Positions 25,544 through 38,270 of a stretch of 64,000 nt of DNA are shown in pieces. The DNA is taken from positions 4,009,003-4,073,002 of the forward strand of contig MU058065.1 of NCBI GenBank assembly GCA_013265495.1, given 5' to 3'. Every line of letters starts with the position of its first letter. Position 1 is the stretch's first letter. The stretch comes from Vicugna vicugna (lineage: Eukaryota). Both the position numbers and the translations under genes were made by a program. The notes under the pieces are model-generated. The model worked only from the letters and a program-made list of their open reading frames with translations, searched no databases and was not told the origin of the DNA.

Positions 25544-25558
25544 CCAGCAGGGGGCAGT
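25544..25558 (+). promoter_or_regulatory. Candidate CTCF binding site
   Basis: CCAGCAGGGGGCAGT matches the core consensus CCASYAGRKGGCRSY at all 15 positions, in GC-rich unique sequence. Confidence 0.6.
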
Positions 25559-25786
25559 GAGGGGCGCAGCCCTGCTCCCAGGGCAGGGTGGCAGCTGGTG
25601 GCATTCAGAAGGCCTGCCACAGACTGGAGGACATCACGCTGAGCTTGATGTTCATGCATTTTCCCAGGGCCCCGCCCTAGGCTTTCTAACAGAAGTGGGG
25701 AGGTGGGGCAAGAGGTGTGGAGAGTGGACCTTGCATTTGTGTTTTCAGCAGGCATGGGAGGCGACTCTGATCCAAGTGACCCTTAG

Positions 25787-26047
25787 CATGGTGTTTCTCA
25801 ACTTGTTTTTTTTAATCATCCCCCTAAGCAGCCTTTTTAGACATTTTCCCCCTAGTTGCCCCCTGTTGGTGAAATTTTTATAATTTATATATGCATAGAC
25901 TGTGTATCTGTTGATATACAATGACCCTTCAAAAAGCCACAAACGATTTTAATAGATAAGAACTTTTGGTTCCTTCCAGAGACTGAATTTTCTCACCCTT
26001 AGTGCAATATCGCCACCCACCTCCCCCATCCCCAGTGAGAATATTTG
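25787..26047 (+). mobile_element. MER112 hAT-Charlie element
   Basis: ttctcaac...ccccctaagcagcctttttagacatttt...gccacaaacgattttaatagataag...gcaatatcgcc...gagaat. Confidence 0.75.
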
Positions 26048-26239
26048 CTTTAGACTAAAGAATAATTGGCATTAAAAAAATAAATGAGAGTCTTGGGGTT
26101 GAAGGAATTGTATCCAGGTCTGAATTACAATTCCTGCATGTGCAAATGTGGCTTCAGTATCTGATCTACAGAAACAGGGACGAAAACAATGCTTTTCTCA
26201 AATGACGTAACGAGAGTCTGCACTTAGCCTTTCTGTGTC

Positions 26240-26430
26240 AGTGGTCTTCTAGGTACTCAGGATCACTTAATCAATGGTCCAAAGCGCTCCATTTATCTCC
26301 ACACTACAGGTAAAGAGACTGAGGCACAGAGCAGTTTAAAAAAACTTGCTCAAGGCCATGCAACTAGAAAGTAGTGAGTTGTAGAGGATTCAATGTTCTG
26401 ACTCCAGTCTCTGATTTTAGCCACCACTTT
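26240..26430 (-). mobile_element. MIR fragment
   Basis: tacaggtaaagagactgaggcacagag...acttgctcaaggccatgcaactag. Confidence 0.7.
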
Positions 26431-27024
26431 AAACTTGCTCTTAATGCATCTGCAGTTGTGGTTACGTCTTGCTTTTTGAACAAGAATATGTACAAAAGAA
26501 AATTCACAGACTCTCAAAAACGTAGGGCTAGGTTTCTCTCTTGTATTGATGCAGTTTTTAAGATTTCCTGGAGTCAATGCATATATTCGTAGTAAAGTAA
26601 CAGTCCATTTTTGTTTGCTGTAGTGGAGAACTACATCGAATATTTATCTCTGAAATGCTATATTTCACCTTTAACAAAAGAAACATATGGAATTGAGTCC
26701 TCAGAGAGGAATGATTTTCTCACCATAGAAAATTCTCAACCTGAATGTTGAAACTACTCATTTGGAATCATGTATCTTAAGATGAAATCACCAATTAAGT
26801 GCTAGATAATCCTGGGAATCTCAGTGAGTTCCAGTCAACCCTTTGTAGGTACAGACTTCATACTCTTGGTTTCGACCATTTGGGAGGGGAGCCAAAGGCT
26901 CAAAGAATTTGTCAGTTTGCTGACAAATTTTAATTACATGAGTTTAATAAATATCCTTGAGAACAACTGACTTAGCTAATAAGTGAGCACAGCTAATTGC
27001 TAAAGTGTTCAGCTCAAAACAATG

Positions 27025-27260
27025 GTAATAAGAGTAACGGGCCATAATCGAATTCTCGTCCTGGACCAGACATTGTGCTGTCGTTTGCGATCTTGATTTC
27101 ATTCAATCTTCAGAATAACCCTATGGTTACTATTGATTTATTTTTCTATTTTGTAGAGAAAACAGCCCAGGATTAGGAAAGTCAAGTTGTCTAAAGACGA
27201 ACTCCTAATGAATGTCAATGCTAACTAAAAGTAACTCAGGTCTGCCTGAAATGCAAGCTC
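27025..27260 (-). mobile_element. MIR SINE
   Basis: ccagacattgtgct...catTcaatcttcagaataaccctatg...tattttgtagagaaaac. Confidence 0.6.
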
Positions 27261-27369
27261 AGACTACCTGTTGTCTTCTGTACATTGTTGCATACTAGCT
27301 AAGAATAAAAATAAGTTCATTTAGAATGAAAATAAAAAAATCACACTGGGTGCATTTGGAACAGTGTTT

Positions 27370-27560
27370 CACTAGTTCAGCACATACTGATTGGCTGACT
27401 TTGTGCTAGGCCTAGAGGAAGCAGCAGAGACAAAAGACACATTTTCTACCCTTAAAGGGTTTACACTTGGGGGCCAGGAATTGGCATTAAACAAGCGATT
27501 ACAGAAATAACTTGGGAAGTGTAAGTGTTAGCAAGGAAAAGTAGATGGGGATAGAAGGTT
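27370..27560 (-). mobile_element. L2 3' fragment
   Basis: ttcagcacatactgattggctgactttgtgctagg...aagacacattttctacccttaaagggtttacac. Confidence 0.55.
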
Positions 27561-28049
27561 ATATTGCAGGAAGTAGTTTTAACAGAGACGTGAGCATTAT
27601 AGGAGAGATGCATGTTTATCAGAAATTGAAAAGGTAGTTATTTTGTGGTGTAAGGATATGCGTAGAACACAGGAGAAACTTAATAGAAATGTCACCCAGG
27701 AGAAAGTCCCAAAGCCATGCAGACAGTTCCACTCTTGCAAAAGCAGGGATTCAGTATGGCCTCCTGAACGTAAGAAGGCATGTGTCTGCCATATATAATT
27801 ATGTATGTGTTCATCTACAAAGAACAGTCCATTGACATCATGAAAGGCTAGTAAAGGATTGGGCTTTAGCTCTCTAGAGCATCTTAGGACCTGCAATGAA
27901 TGAGTCAAATTAAATACACTTTGAAACAAATGAAAAATCTAAGTTTAAATTTAGCAAAGTACCAAATCCAAACAAAGTTGCCAAGTTAAGAAGTTAAGAC
28001 TTATTCAAACTCCCCAAAGTTTCTGCCTTGCATCATCACAGGCAAAATA

Positions 28050-28800
28050 GAAAAATGATGTGTGGCTGTCATTTAAAAGATGCTTCCTTTGAACTGTCGA
28101 GCATGCCCTCCTGTCCTGTGTCTTCTCCTGTCCAGGTCATCACTGCATTTAATGTCTGTGTATCCTTTCAGAGTTTTTAGGTATGCACATGTAGATATGA
28201 ATATTTAGTTTTTTCCTGCTTATTTCTACACAAAAGATATCTTGCTCTAAGAATGAAATGAATAAGATGAAGACATTGCTTTTTCTGCTGTTATCAATCT
28301 ACCTTGGAGATTGATTTCATTCTCTACCACTTTTCACTCTTTTTCACAGCTATGTAGTAGTCCATTAAATGAATCTACCATGATTTATTTTATCAGTACT
28401 CTCTTGATGGACATTAATATTATTTTAATTCATTGGCTATTACAACCATTACACAATGAATTACCTCAAAAATATCCATTACTTATGAGTATATCTATGG
28501 TATAAACTCTGTAAGTCTACGCACTAACTCCTTTTTCTAGATAAGGCCAAATATTCCTGTTTCTGTTTCCCCACAAGTTTCCAACTAAGTGTGCTGTTAT
28601 ATTTTTGGGTTTTTGTCACTGTGATGAGTGAAAAAATGGTACCCTGTGTATTTTTTAATTTTGCTTTTATTTTATCTTTAGTGAATTTGATGAATATCTT
28701 AGTATGTTTAAGGACCATTTTTTTCCTGACAGGTCATATACTATTTCATTTTGAATTAAATCACTGGTATTTTCTAACTAATGTTTTGCTTTGCAATACC
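28050..28800 (-). mobile_element. Old L1 (L1ME-like) 3' region
   Basis: tactctcttgatggacattaat...ctattacaacc...gtgaaaaaatggtacc...ttttaattttgcttt antisense L1 3' end. Confidence 0.6.
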
Positions 28801-31321
28801 TGGAAAATTAAGAGATATATATGTGTATTTAGTATATATATATATATATTTAAATCCTGCAATAATTCTAAGCAACTAGGCTAACTTGCCTGAGTAAACT
28901 TGATTAAGATAACTCAAACTAAAAATAAGAGCATTATGGAAATGAAGATAAACAGTTCTTCAACTTGACATAAAATTTTTCCAAGTTTTTAAATCAATTT
29001 GAACCATGTCTCCTCTTTTGTGGTCATGGGCTTTTTAAAGCATAGCTTGAAGAGAGGAAAATGTATTAATGTATTAAATTTTTTAATGTAGTAAACACAG
29101 TAAATTTTTTAAAATATAAAAACTAGAAAAAGAGAGGCAATTTTTTTTTTTACTTAATATCATATGGCTTTGGAGTAACAATTGATCTTTTAAGTTTAAT
29201 CAACATATCTCCATCTCAGATCTATTCAAAGAAGGATTTATTAAAAGAGTATTAAATGTAAGTGACTAATCTTTCAGGAGGTGATTAATCTGTGTAATTA
29301 CCTAAACATCTGCTTATTTTATTTTCTGGAATTTAACCTAGACAGGATTACAGATTCTTTAAAGTAAACGCACAATATAAGCGAGTGTTAGTCCTCACTG
29401 AGTAAGAGATAAAGGTACTAACAGAGCTCTTCTCCTTTATCACTGGCATGGCCACTGTCCGCGATGCACAGGACTTTGTTAACGGTCCAGATTCTTCAGC
29501 TGTTGAAAGGCTGATCTTAGCACTCTCGGGAAGTGTTCTTATTATCTCTAACAGATTATTCATTTGGTCACCTTGACTCTTCTGGGCATCTTATACAAAT
29601 GTGCCAGATGTGTGTGTGGGGAAGTTTGGATTAATTCCAATTCTTTGCCATCAGCGTTGCACCAACACAGTCCCCTGTAAACACTTCAGGTCACACGGCT
29701 TTGCTTAGCAGATTGATCAAGGGGTACTGCATCTTGAATCTTGATACTTACATCTTTCCGGTTGTGTTTGAGAACAGATTCTGAGGCTGTGGGGCTTCTA
29801 AAGACAGTTATTTTGAAAAATTACTACTACATCTGCCCTTTGCCACTCTTTAGGCTTCTCACCAGCCAGCCATGAATTCTCAGAGATAATAAGCTGTGGT
29901 TCTGTGTATTCAATTCCCTAAGTGCCCCATGACGTATCATCAAGTTCCATAGAGACATAGCTACTCCCAATTTACTTATGGAATCTCCCTAGTTTATGGT
30001 GGCTTTTGATTCCCCAATCATAAATGCCTCTTATTTTAGATAATATGTGCCCCTCTTTATTAAAAAAAAAAACTGTCCATTAAAAAAATCCTCCTAAATT
30101 ATTGAGAATGTTCTGTCTTTTCAGTGTCATTGATTTAAGGACATTTAAAATAGATAAACCATGCAGTCATAAATATACCCTGATATGCAATGCAAAGATA
30201 ATGGAGGGCATTAAAGAGTTCAGTTGAAATCAGTCAGCTCATTAGCATGATGATAAGGTCTATTTCTATGAACAGATCTCAGATAGTGAAAGCATAATGA
30301 CCACCAGGAAAAAGTAATCTGCCCTCTTCCCACTCCCCGAACTCCTTTCCTTTCCTTTCTGTCTGTTTCACACCCTACACACAAAGAGAGCCCACTGCTC
30401 TTTCATTTTGCAGAGGCCACTATAATTTTTCTTGACATGGCAATTGCTTTTTAATCTGGTTAGCATGAACTGTAATGGAACCAAGTTGTAAAACATCCTT
30501 TCTTGTTTACTCTTTTATTTTGCTTTTAATTTATTGCCTTGATTTCAAACCCTTTTATAAACCCATTAAAGCTCAATTACTCACTTTGAAGTCAATCACT
30601 AATCAATTCTGCTTTATTTTTGTAGTATGGGGAGTGGGGAGGGGAGTTACACAGTATCTCTGTATTTCAATAAATTGTATGATAAAGATCAGATTATTCT
30701 AGGCTTTCCTGTCCTAAGGAAAGGGAAATTCTGTGCAAATAAATGGAAAAAATCTCAGGAGAAGAAGCAAAATCCATAACTTGGTTGATGTAGTGGGTAG
30801 GAAATGGCAGGTTACACACAGCATTTAAAACATGCACTGACTTCATGAATTTGGATTGATTAGTGGAGATAAATGAAGAACTGTCACTCCCTTCCTGGCT
30901 GGGTTCTCTTTTAAAAAACTAAATCCAGGAGCTCAAAGAAGAACACATTTTGATAGTTTACAATTTTAAAAAGGCTTCTACACACATAGCTTCTCTCATT
31001 TTTTCTTCATTGTGGCTCTTGAGACAGGCAGAAGGAGACTGGTTTTTTCTTCTCTTGGGTGATGACGTTAAGGCCCAGAAGAGATTCAAATAATTTGCGT
31101 AAAGTCTTACAGTCTTCAAAGGGACAATCCAAGAAAATCCTCAATCCGGGTGCCTTGATACATTGTACTCCATGCCATTCAAGGAGTGAAGTTTCCAAGG
31201 CTTCAGTCTATGTGTAGTTCTTTTAGTTACAAATGGTGGCTCTCAAGATTGCTACATGGGTTTTTCCTATTAGATTGGATTCTATGAAGGCACAACAGGA
31301 ATTCTCTACTTTGGTTACTGG

Positions 31322-31514
31322 CAGTGATGTACTAAGAAATCATTCTCCAAAAAAAAGACAAAACCAAAACCTAATTTGTAGAATTTTCTGATTCCTGTGG
31401 TGTAAATGCTATCACCATGACTGATTTTAAGCTTGCCAAAAAGGTCAGTGAACTCAGAGTTGGGAAGAAATGCACACAAGGAGTTCTTCCAAGCCAGCTC
31501 AAGCACAAGACACA
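31322..31514 (+). mobile_element. MER63A-like hAT-Blackjack MITE
   Basis: cagtgatgtact...gtggtgtaaatgctatcaccatgactgattttaagct...gagttgggaagaaatgcacac...gccagctcaagcac. Confidence 0.8.
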
Positions 31515-31763
31515 GCACCTCAGGCTTACAAATGAGGCTCTTCTGCACCAGAACTGTGACTTCTGCCGCTCAGAGGACACAGATGCAATACTTTAAAAGA
31601 TGAGGCACATCTATGAAAAATAGCAAATTTGATCATTCAGCAAACAGTTTAAGAATATCAATAACATATAAGGCTCTGTGTTGAGCACTGTGATGGTACA
31701 AAGACTATATAATCTAGTGAAGGTAAGAAACGTGCCTACAGTCAACAATTATTCAAGGGAGAT

Positions 31764-32406
31764 GAGTTACCACATGATCCAGCGATCCCATTCCTGGACG
31801 TATATCCAAAGAAAACTCTAATTCAAAAAGATACATGCACCCCAATGTTCATAGCAGCACTATCTACAATAGTCAAGACATGAAAACAACCTAAATGTCT
31901 ATCAACAGATGAATAGATAAAGAATATATATAATGGAATATTACCCAGCCATAAAAAAGAATAAAATAATGCAATTTGCAGCAACATGGATGGACCTAGA
32001 GATGATCATACTAAGTGAAGTAAGTCAGACAGAGAAAGACAAATATCATATGCTATCACTTATATGTGGAATCTAAAAACAGAAAAAAAAAAGACACAAA
32101 TGAGCTAATTTACAAAACAAAAGCAGACTTAACAGACACAGAAAGTAAACTTATGGTTACCAAAGGGGAAAGAGGGGGAGGAATTAAATTAGGAGTTTGG
32201 GATTAACAGATGCAAACTACTGTTTACAAAACAGATAAACAACAAGGTCCTACTGTATGTATAGCACAGTGAACTACATTCAATATCTTGTAATAACCTA
32301 TATTGGAAAAGAATATGAAAAATAATATATATGTATAACTGACTCGCTATGCTGTCCACTAGAAACTAACACAACATTGTAAATCAACTATACTGCAATG
32401 AAAAAA
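31764..32406 (+). mobile_element. 5'-truncated L1 (camelid/artiodactyl-type 3' end)
   Basis: gagttaccacatgatccagcgatccca...gcagcaacatggatggacctagag...acaacattgtaaatcaactatactgcaatgaaaaaa; degenerate TSD aattattcaaggg / aataattcagggg. Confidence 0.92.
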
Positions 32407-32705
32407 TACTAATAATTCAGGGGGAAACATACCATGTGCTATAAAAGCAGTGCATTGGAACAGGGTGTGAATACATTCTTATTAGGGGAATTGGTGAAGA
32501 AAGAAGTCATGGAAGATTTGTAGTTGTACTGAGTGATAAAGAATGAACAGTTTTTCAACAAAGCTGTGAGAATGAAGAAAGTTTCCTAGAGTGAAGGACA
32601 AAGGAAAGCAAAGGACAAGTTCTAAACATACGCAGTTAGTGCATGTACAAAAGCAAGAGTGAACAGAATGATGAGTGAGGAAATTAGTCTTGAGAGACCA
32701 TCTCA

Positions 32706-32860
32706 GGATAATGTTTCTCCACATGTGGTCTGGGACTGCTAGTGTTTGAATCACCTAGGGAAATTTTTTTTTAAGAATGTAAATCTCAGGAACCCATTCC
32801 AGGTCAACATTCAAAATCTCTTCAGTTCATGACACACGATAAAGTTTGAGCATGGCTGTG
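32706..32860. mobile_element. MER5-family MITE
   Basis: tttctccacatgtggtctgggac...gaatcacctaggg...aatgtaaatctcagg...taaagtttgagcatggctg. Confidence 0.6.
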
Positions 32861-33075
32861 TATCAAGAATAACAAATTTCAAAATAATTTGAGTAAGAAA
32901 GTGCTATTTTAGAGGCAAAAGATTCTGGAAGCAGCATCATGTCTGGGTAGGAGGAAGAACATACTAGAATCTGGAGACCAAGCTGAATTTAGGTTAAGAG
33001 GATGAGGTTTGAAACTAGATTTGTGGCCAGAAAAATGGAAAGGATCATCCAGATTGGAAAACAGTATTTCAGGGC

Positions 33076-33258
33076 TAGAGCCCTCAACCTTGAATCCTAC
33101 ACATCTAGAGGGTAACTCTACTGGATCTAGGAGGTCTCTTTATCCTAAAAATGGCCTGTAAAATTTTCTACACTTGCGTGTGTTACTCTGTGGAGAAGGT
33201 TCATGATTCCACAAGCTTTCAAAGCAGTCTATACACCACAAAGAGCTGGAAAACTATC
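33076..33258. mobile_element. hAT-Charlie MITE (MER103/Charlie4-like)
   Basis: ggagaaggttcatgattccacaagctttcaaagcagtctatacaccacaaagagctggaaaact. Confidence 0.45.
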
Positions 33259-33368
33259 ATTTTAAAGGAGAAACTGGCTGAGATGGAGAATTGTTAACTA
33301 GGTTGGAGGATGAGGGAGGGGTTTAAGCCACTAAAAAATACAATAAAAATGTTGATAGTTCTTAATTT

Positions 33369-33557
33369 GAACGTATTCACACCCTGTTCCAATGCACTGC
33401 TATTATAGCACATGGTATGTTTCCCCCTGAATTATTAGTATTTTTTCATTGCAGTATAGTTGATTTACAATGTTGTGTTAGTTTCTAGTGCACAGCATAG
33501 CGAGTCAGTTATACATATATATTATTTTTCATATTCTTTTCCAATATAGGTTATTAC
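33369..33557 (-). repeat. 189-bp inverted duplicate of 32290-32478 (L1 3' end plus its downstream flank)
   Basis: Base-by-base reverse complement with 3 substitutions and no indels. Confidence 0.97.
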
Positions 33558-33734
33558 TACTTAATCAGTTGGGAGATTGATTACATTATTAGTCAACATA
33601 AGGACAGTGAAGAGGTGCTTTGTGGGAAAATAGAACAAGTTCCCTTTTTTCCAGAACAAACTTAAGTTATTTGTACTTATTATTATAAAGATGTCTCTCA
33701 GGCTCATAGACAGGTCATAGGGCACAATGACAAA

Positions 33735-33980
33735 TTATAATATTTTATTCAGTGCTGAATATTTTATCAGGTGCTTACTAAGCCCTTTACATACATAAGT
33801 ATTTGGTTCTCACAACAAGCAAATAACTACTACTCTTCTAATTTTACAGCAAAATTAAGATTCAGACTATTAAGTAATTTTACTAAGATCATAAACCTGG
33901 TAAATGACAAAGATAGAATTTGAACCTTGGTGGTCTTCCTGACTGGCCTGAGACCAAACTCTAAACTTCTCTACTGCAGC
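33735..33980 (-). mobile_element. MIR SINE
   Basis: caggtgcttactaagccctttacatac...ttctcacaacaa...attttacag...agaatttgaaccttgg. Confidence 0.7.
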
Positions 33981-35139
33981 TCCCACCTCAACGGCATCCA
34001 ACAGCTGAAAATGAGACCCATTGGAGCAAAGAGACAAAAGCATTTGCATGGGAAGGAAGCTTAGCCACAATGTCTGCAGACTGGATTTTGTTGACACATT
34101 TAAGGACAGTTTTCTCTTGGACTAAATCAGAAGAGAGACAATTGCTGAGGCAAGATGGTGAGAGCGTCATTAGTGCGCATCAGAACTGCTGTAAGTATTC
34201 CAGCTTCTCTTGGGACCAATCTCTGCACCAAACCCAATGCTCTTCGTCTACACTAATCACTTCTGCTTATCTTCTCCTCCTGTTAGTAAAGTCATTCATT
34301 TGATTTGAAAGACCATAAATGAAAACTCACTGCAGTCAAGGTATCCTTTAAAGGGCCCTTATGAGACAGATGGCTTGAAACAATGTGATAGACTTATTTC
34401 CCAAGTTATGTTCCACTGCCTCACTTGGCTGAGAGGTCAGAGTAGCCAGTTCCCAGCATTTTATTCCCACTCTTTCAAGTAGATTGTGTCCTTGGATCAG
34501 AAGGAAAAGAATTGAGACAAAACATAGCAAGATTCTGATTGGATGTTCACTTACATTCTAGTTAACCAGATTGTCTCCATTGAGAGTAGAGGGAAGAGCT
34601 CTTGGTGGGCAAGTGAAGAGCAGAGAGTGGTCATTGAAAAGGAAGACATCGTCTCGGTGCACCCTGCGGAGGAGGGTTTCCTGCTAACGTCAGGAATTAG
34701 AAGGTTGTAAGAGGTGGCAGGAGACTATGACAACACAGACCAAGGGAGACATCTGGGTGCCCATGCAGGAAGAGCCAGTGTTACAAGAACACAAAGCAAT
34801 AAGGATGGAGTGCTATGTTTTTCCTCTCTATTGATTGTATTTCTCAAAAATTATATACACTGACTTTGCTATAACAGAATAAAAACATGGGCTAAATCAA
34901 GTACTCCACCAATTCAATAATTTTTCATGTTTGAAAGGACTTATTCTTCAGGAATACCATTCAGTCTTCCACTAGTTTGGCAAGAATAATAGCTAGTTTT
35001 TAGTTGTTTCTGATTTTTTTTCATTCCAAATTTTTTTCAGGGAAAGCCAAAAGAGGATCTCTTCTCCTGGGGCAGGAGACAGGACCTCCTTTCTAAACCC
35101 GTAGACGACTTCCTTTCATGGGTTCTAACAATCCCACCT

Positions 35140-35990
35140 TTAGTCTTGGAATCACCTCCAGTGATGCACACTCCTTCCACCCTCGTTCAGTCACCAAGCC
35201 ATCAACAGAGCTATTTATCCCTGCCTCCTTCTTCCTCTTCAGTGAACTGAGCACAAGTCCTCAACGCTGCACACCCATTTTTCTCTGACTTACCCCCAGC
35301 CTGTGCTCCGCTTAATCCATTCTGTATACCAGTGCTGCTTTCATCACAGAGCTTGCTTCCAAGAATCTACAGTAACTATAGCACGTGGCATCAAGTTCAA
35401 ATTCCTATGTTAAGTTTTCAAGGTCCTTGAGTCTGCTCCCATTATACTTCTCCGATCTTTTATTTTCTACTCTCCTACACTTAAAACCAGGTTTCTGTCA
35501 GAAAGACCTCCTGGCTACACTGTTGCTTTCTTATCCTCTGATACAACAGTGTGCTGCCAGCTTTTTATTTATTTACGCTGCTCTCCAACATTTATTATGT
35601 TGAAATTCCATCTTCTTATTGTGATGCACTCAAACGCTAAGGCTTAACATCCAGTTCAAGTGTTATCTTTTCAAGGAGGGTCTCTCTGAGCTTGCCAACC
35701 TTCCTTTACCTCCTTATTCTCTGACTTACAAAGCACACTTAATGTCCACATCAAACAACTTGTCTCCCTTGGTCAGACACTATTATTTATACTTCTGGAG
35801 ATAAATATATTATTTTTATTAAAACATTTTATTAAAAAAATTACTATTTGTTTTGAGTAACGTAACATTGCCATCCACCCACACCGAAACTCCTCAGGGA
35901 CTGTATTCCTGCATATCATGCTTCAGTATAGCCTTCAGAGGAATGGGCACTTATAATAGGAACTCAATACGTTCTAAGTGACTGGTACAT
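35140..35990 (+). mobile_element. Degenerate L2 fragment
   Basis: cagtcaccaagcc...ccattctgtataccagtgc...cagttcaagtgttatcttttcaaggagggtctctctg...taggaactcaata. Confidence 0.55.
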
Positions 35991-37244
35991 AATCCACAGA
36001 TTGGTAATTTGAACTCAGAGTCAATTGTCTTCAGTATGCCAGGTATATCTTGATAGAAGCCTGAAGTTTTGTGTTAGAACAAAAAGAATGCTTTCCTGAG
36101 AAAAGCACTCATGGATAGGAATTCAGCAAGCCGATGTTCTGGAACATTCTTCTGACATGCTCATAAAGACATGTCTTGCCTAGGGAAATTTTCTCCCCTA
36201 CAGGCCAACACTGAAGAACAACAACAGCAAAACAGCTGAGCTCTTTTGTAACGCAAAAAAAAGCGCATGTTCATTGAGAGGTATCATCTCTTTTGTCCAA
36301 GATTGTTTCCAGTTCTGTCCTAGATACTCCAACCAGGAAGTGATGCGTGGGGTGAATATTTGCTCAATTATTAAGAGGTTTGGGAAGAAAATCCACTAAC
36401 TATAGTGTGCCATGAGAACGGCCGAGGAACTGGAGGGTCAAGGCTTTGTGATGGGCAGACAAGTCTCCGGCCACTTCAGAAGGGATTCTCCCTCTAATGG
36501 GGCCCTTTACAGAGTATTTGTGCCTTGACAGCTCTCAAAATGGCGATCCCAGAAGCCAAATGAATATTTGGCTGCAAATGAGCAGCTCAGCCCCTTCATA
36601 GCTTTTCTGCTTTCTTACAGGGACTCTTTTTCATTTAAATCAACAAATTAGGCATTCTGAAATGCAAAGGCCTGTACAACGAAAGCAGTCGCTGTTCATG
36701 ATGGACTAGTCTGATGTTTCAAAAGAAGGCAGAAAAAAAAAAGGCAAAGCAAGCTGTCACCACTAGTTATATGAGAAACAGATAACAAGTGACACTGGCT
36801 TCTGTCTCATCTGTGGGAGGTTAAGAAGAAATACAGTCACAGAAGAATCTGCGTCACTCCGGGTGTAACCAGTGGGAGGATCCCGGGCCGTGTTTGTGTA
36901 TTATTCTTTTGAGAACGTGCATACACCCCCTGAGATTCTAGCTGCTTGGACTATTTTTCATCTCAAAACTTGAAATCAGGCTCAGACTTATTGAGAAGAA
37001 ACCCCATCTTAACCTTCTTCTCTAATATGTTGTCTAAATCCTCAGACCATGAAAGACAGCAGAGGACGTCACAAAGGCTCAGATGGTTTCAGTGGGAAGA
37101 TGTCTCTCTGGAAATGAGCTGTTTATTTGCCGCATATCAAGAACATGCAGGACTATAGGCTGTCCATGTCTAGGTTATTGGTCTGGAATGCAGAGTCAGG
37201 ATTTGTGGCTTTAGTTCAGAGTGTGGTAGCACAGACGCAAAATG

Positions 37245-37337
37245 CATACAACCAAAAATGTTTCCAGATACGGCCAAATGCCCCCCACCTTTATCCTTAG
37301 GGCATGGGGCAGAATTGCCCTGTTAAGAATGACTATT
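37245..37337 (-). mobile_element. MER20 fragment
   Basis: acaaccaaaaatgtttccagatacggccaaatgcccc...ggggcagaattgccctgttaagaatgact. Confidence 0.7.
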
Positions 37338-38074
37338 TGAGATTTCAGAGATACATTGTGTCACTGTCCTAATACATTGAACACAAATTTCTAAAAGGAC
37401 ACAATTTTTGCCTCAGGGACATTATGACTTAGGGGAGCAGACAGATACGTAAGCAACTTCTTGTAAAATGATGTCCAAAGCAAATGAATGCTACAAAGGG
37501 AGCATAAACTCAAGGCCTCGGAGGTACAGAAGAAACCAACAAGATTTGGAGAGTGGAGGTTGCACTCAGTGCAAAGCACAAAGAGAAATTTGCTTCAGTA
37601 TCAGTCTGGAGATGAGAAAGGCAGCCTTTGGTGCTTGGCGAGCTCACCACTGAAGGTGAGTTTCAATACGGTTGTTGCTAAGGGGTGGTTTTTGAGAGTC
37701 TGAGCTGGTGAGAGCTTTTGAAGAGGAACTTTCAATAAAGTGAGGGCAAAGAGGAAGAATGGAAATGGAAAAGTCCAACAGAAATGTCAGACTTTGTAAG
37801 ACTGTAATTGTTTAATTTTTTAAAATTTTGTGCTAAACCGATCCTCTCTGCCCATTCTGCTAGTCCCTTTTGCTTTCCTTTCCTTTTCACTACTTCTCCT
37901 TCCTAAGAAATATTTTTTATATACTTGAAGTTCAGTTTCTTGAAAATATTGATAGCCTCCATCCTTGAAAGCAGTGATATGCGCACACGCTCACAACTTG
38001 GTGGTATTGGTAGTGAATCTAAATTACTGGAGCACTCAGTTGAGCCCAAATGTTGATTCTTCCTAGTTTATTAT

Positions 38075-38270
38075 AGGCAAGGAGATAATCAACACTGAGT
38101 GCTCAGCGTGAGGACAAGTAGAAACTCAGTTTTAACGTGAGTCCTTCATCCTTGTCTATAAGAAATTAGAGAGGTAGTCAGCTTAACATTGGGGGCCAAA
38201 TTACACAAGCAAGTGCAGAGCCAACCATCTGGTTGTCAGGGCAGGGATTCAAAGGACTGAATGCTGGAGA
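38075..38270 (-). mobile_element. MIR fragment
   Basis: acactgagtgctcag...tacacaagcaagtgcagagcc...gggattcaaa. Confidence 0.5.

Larger units (their letters stand above)
31630..33720 (-). mobile_element. L2 fragment hosting an L1, MER5, a Charlie-type MITE and the inverted templated insertion
   Basis: L2 antisense tail cattcagcaaacag...; L2-like purine-rich sequence resumes between each insertion. Confidence 0.6.

Noticed and set aside
25362..25883. Longest ORF (173 aa) as a gene
   Set aside because: Non-ATG start, runs into MER112, no recognisable domain; explained by local GC richness.
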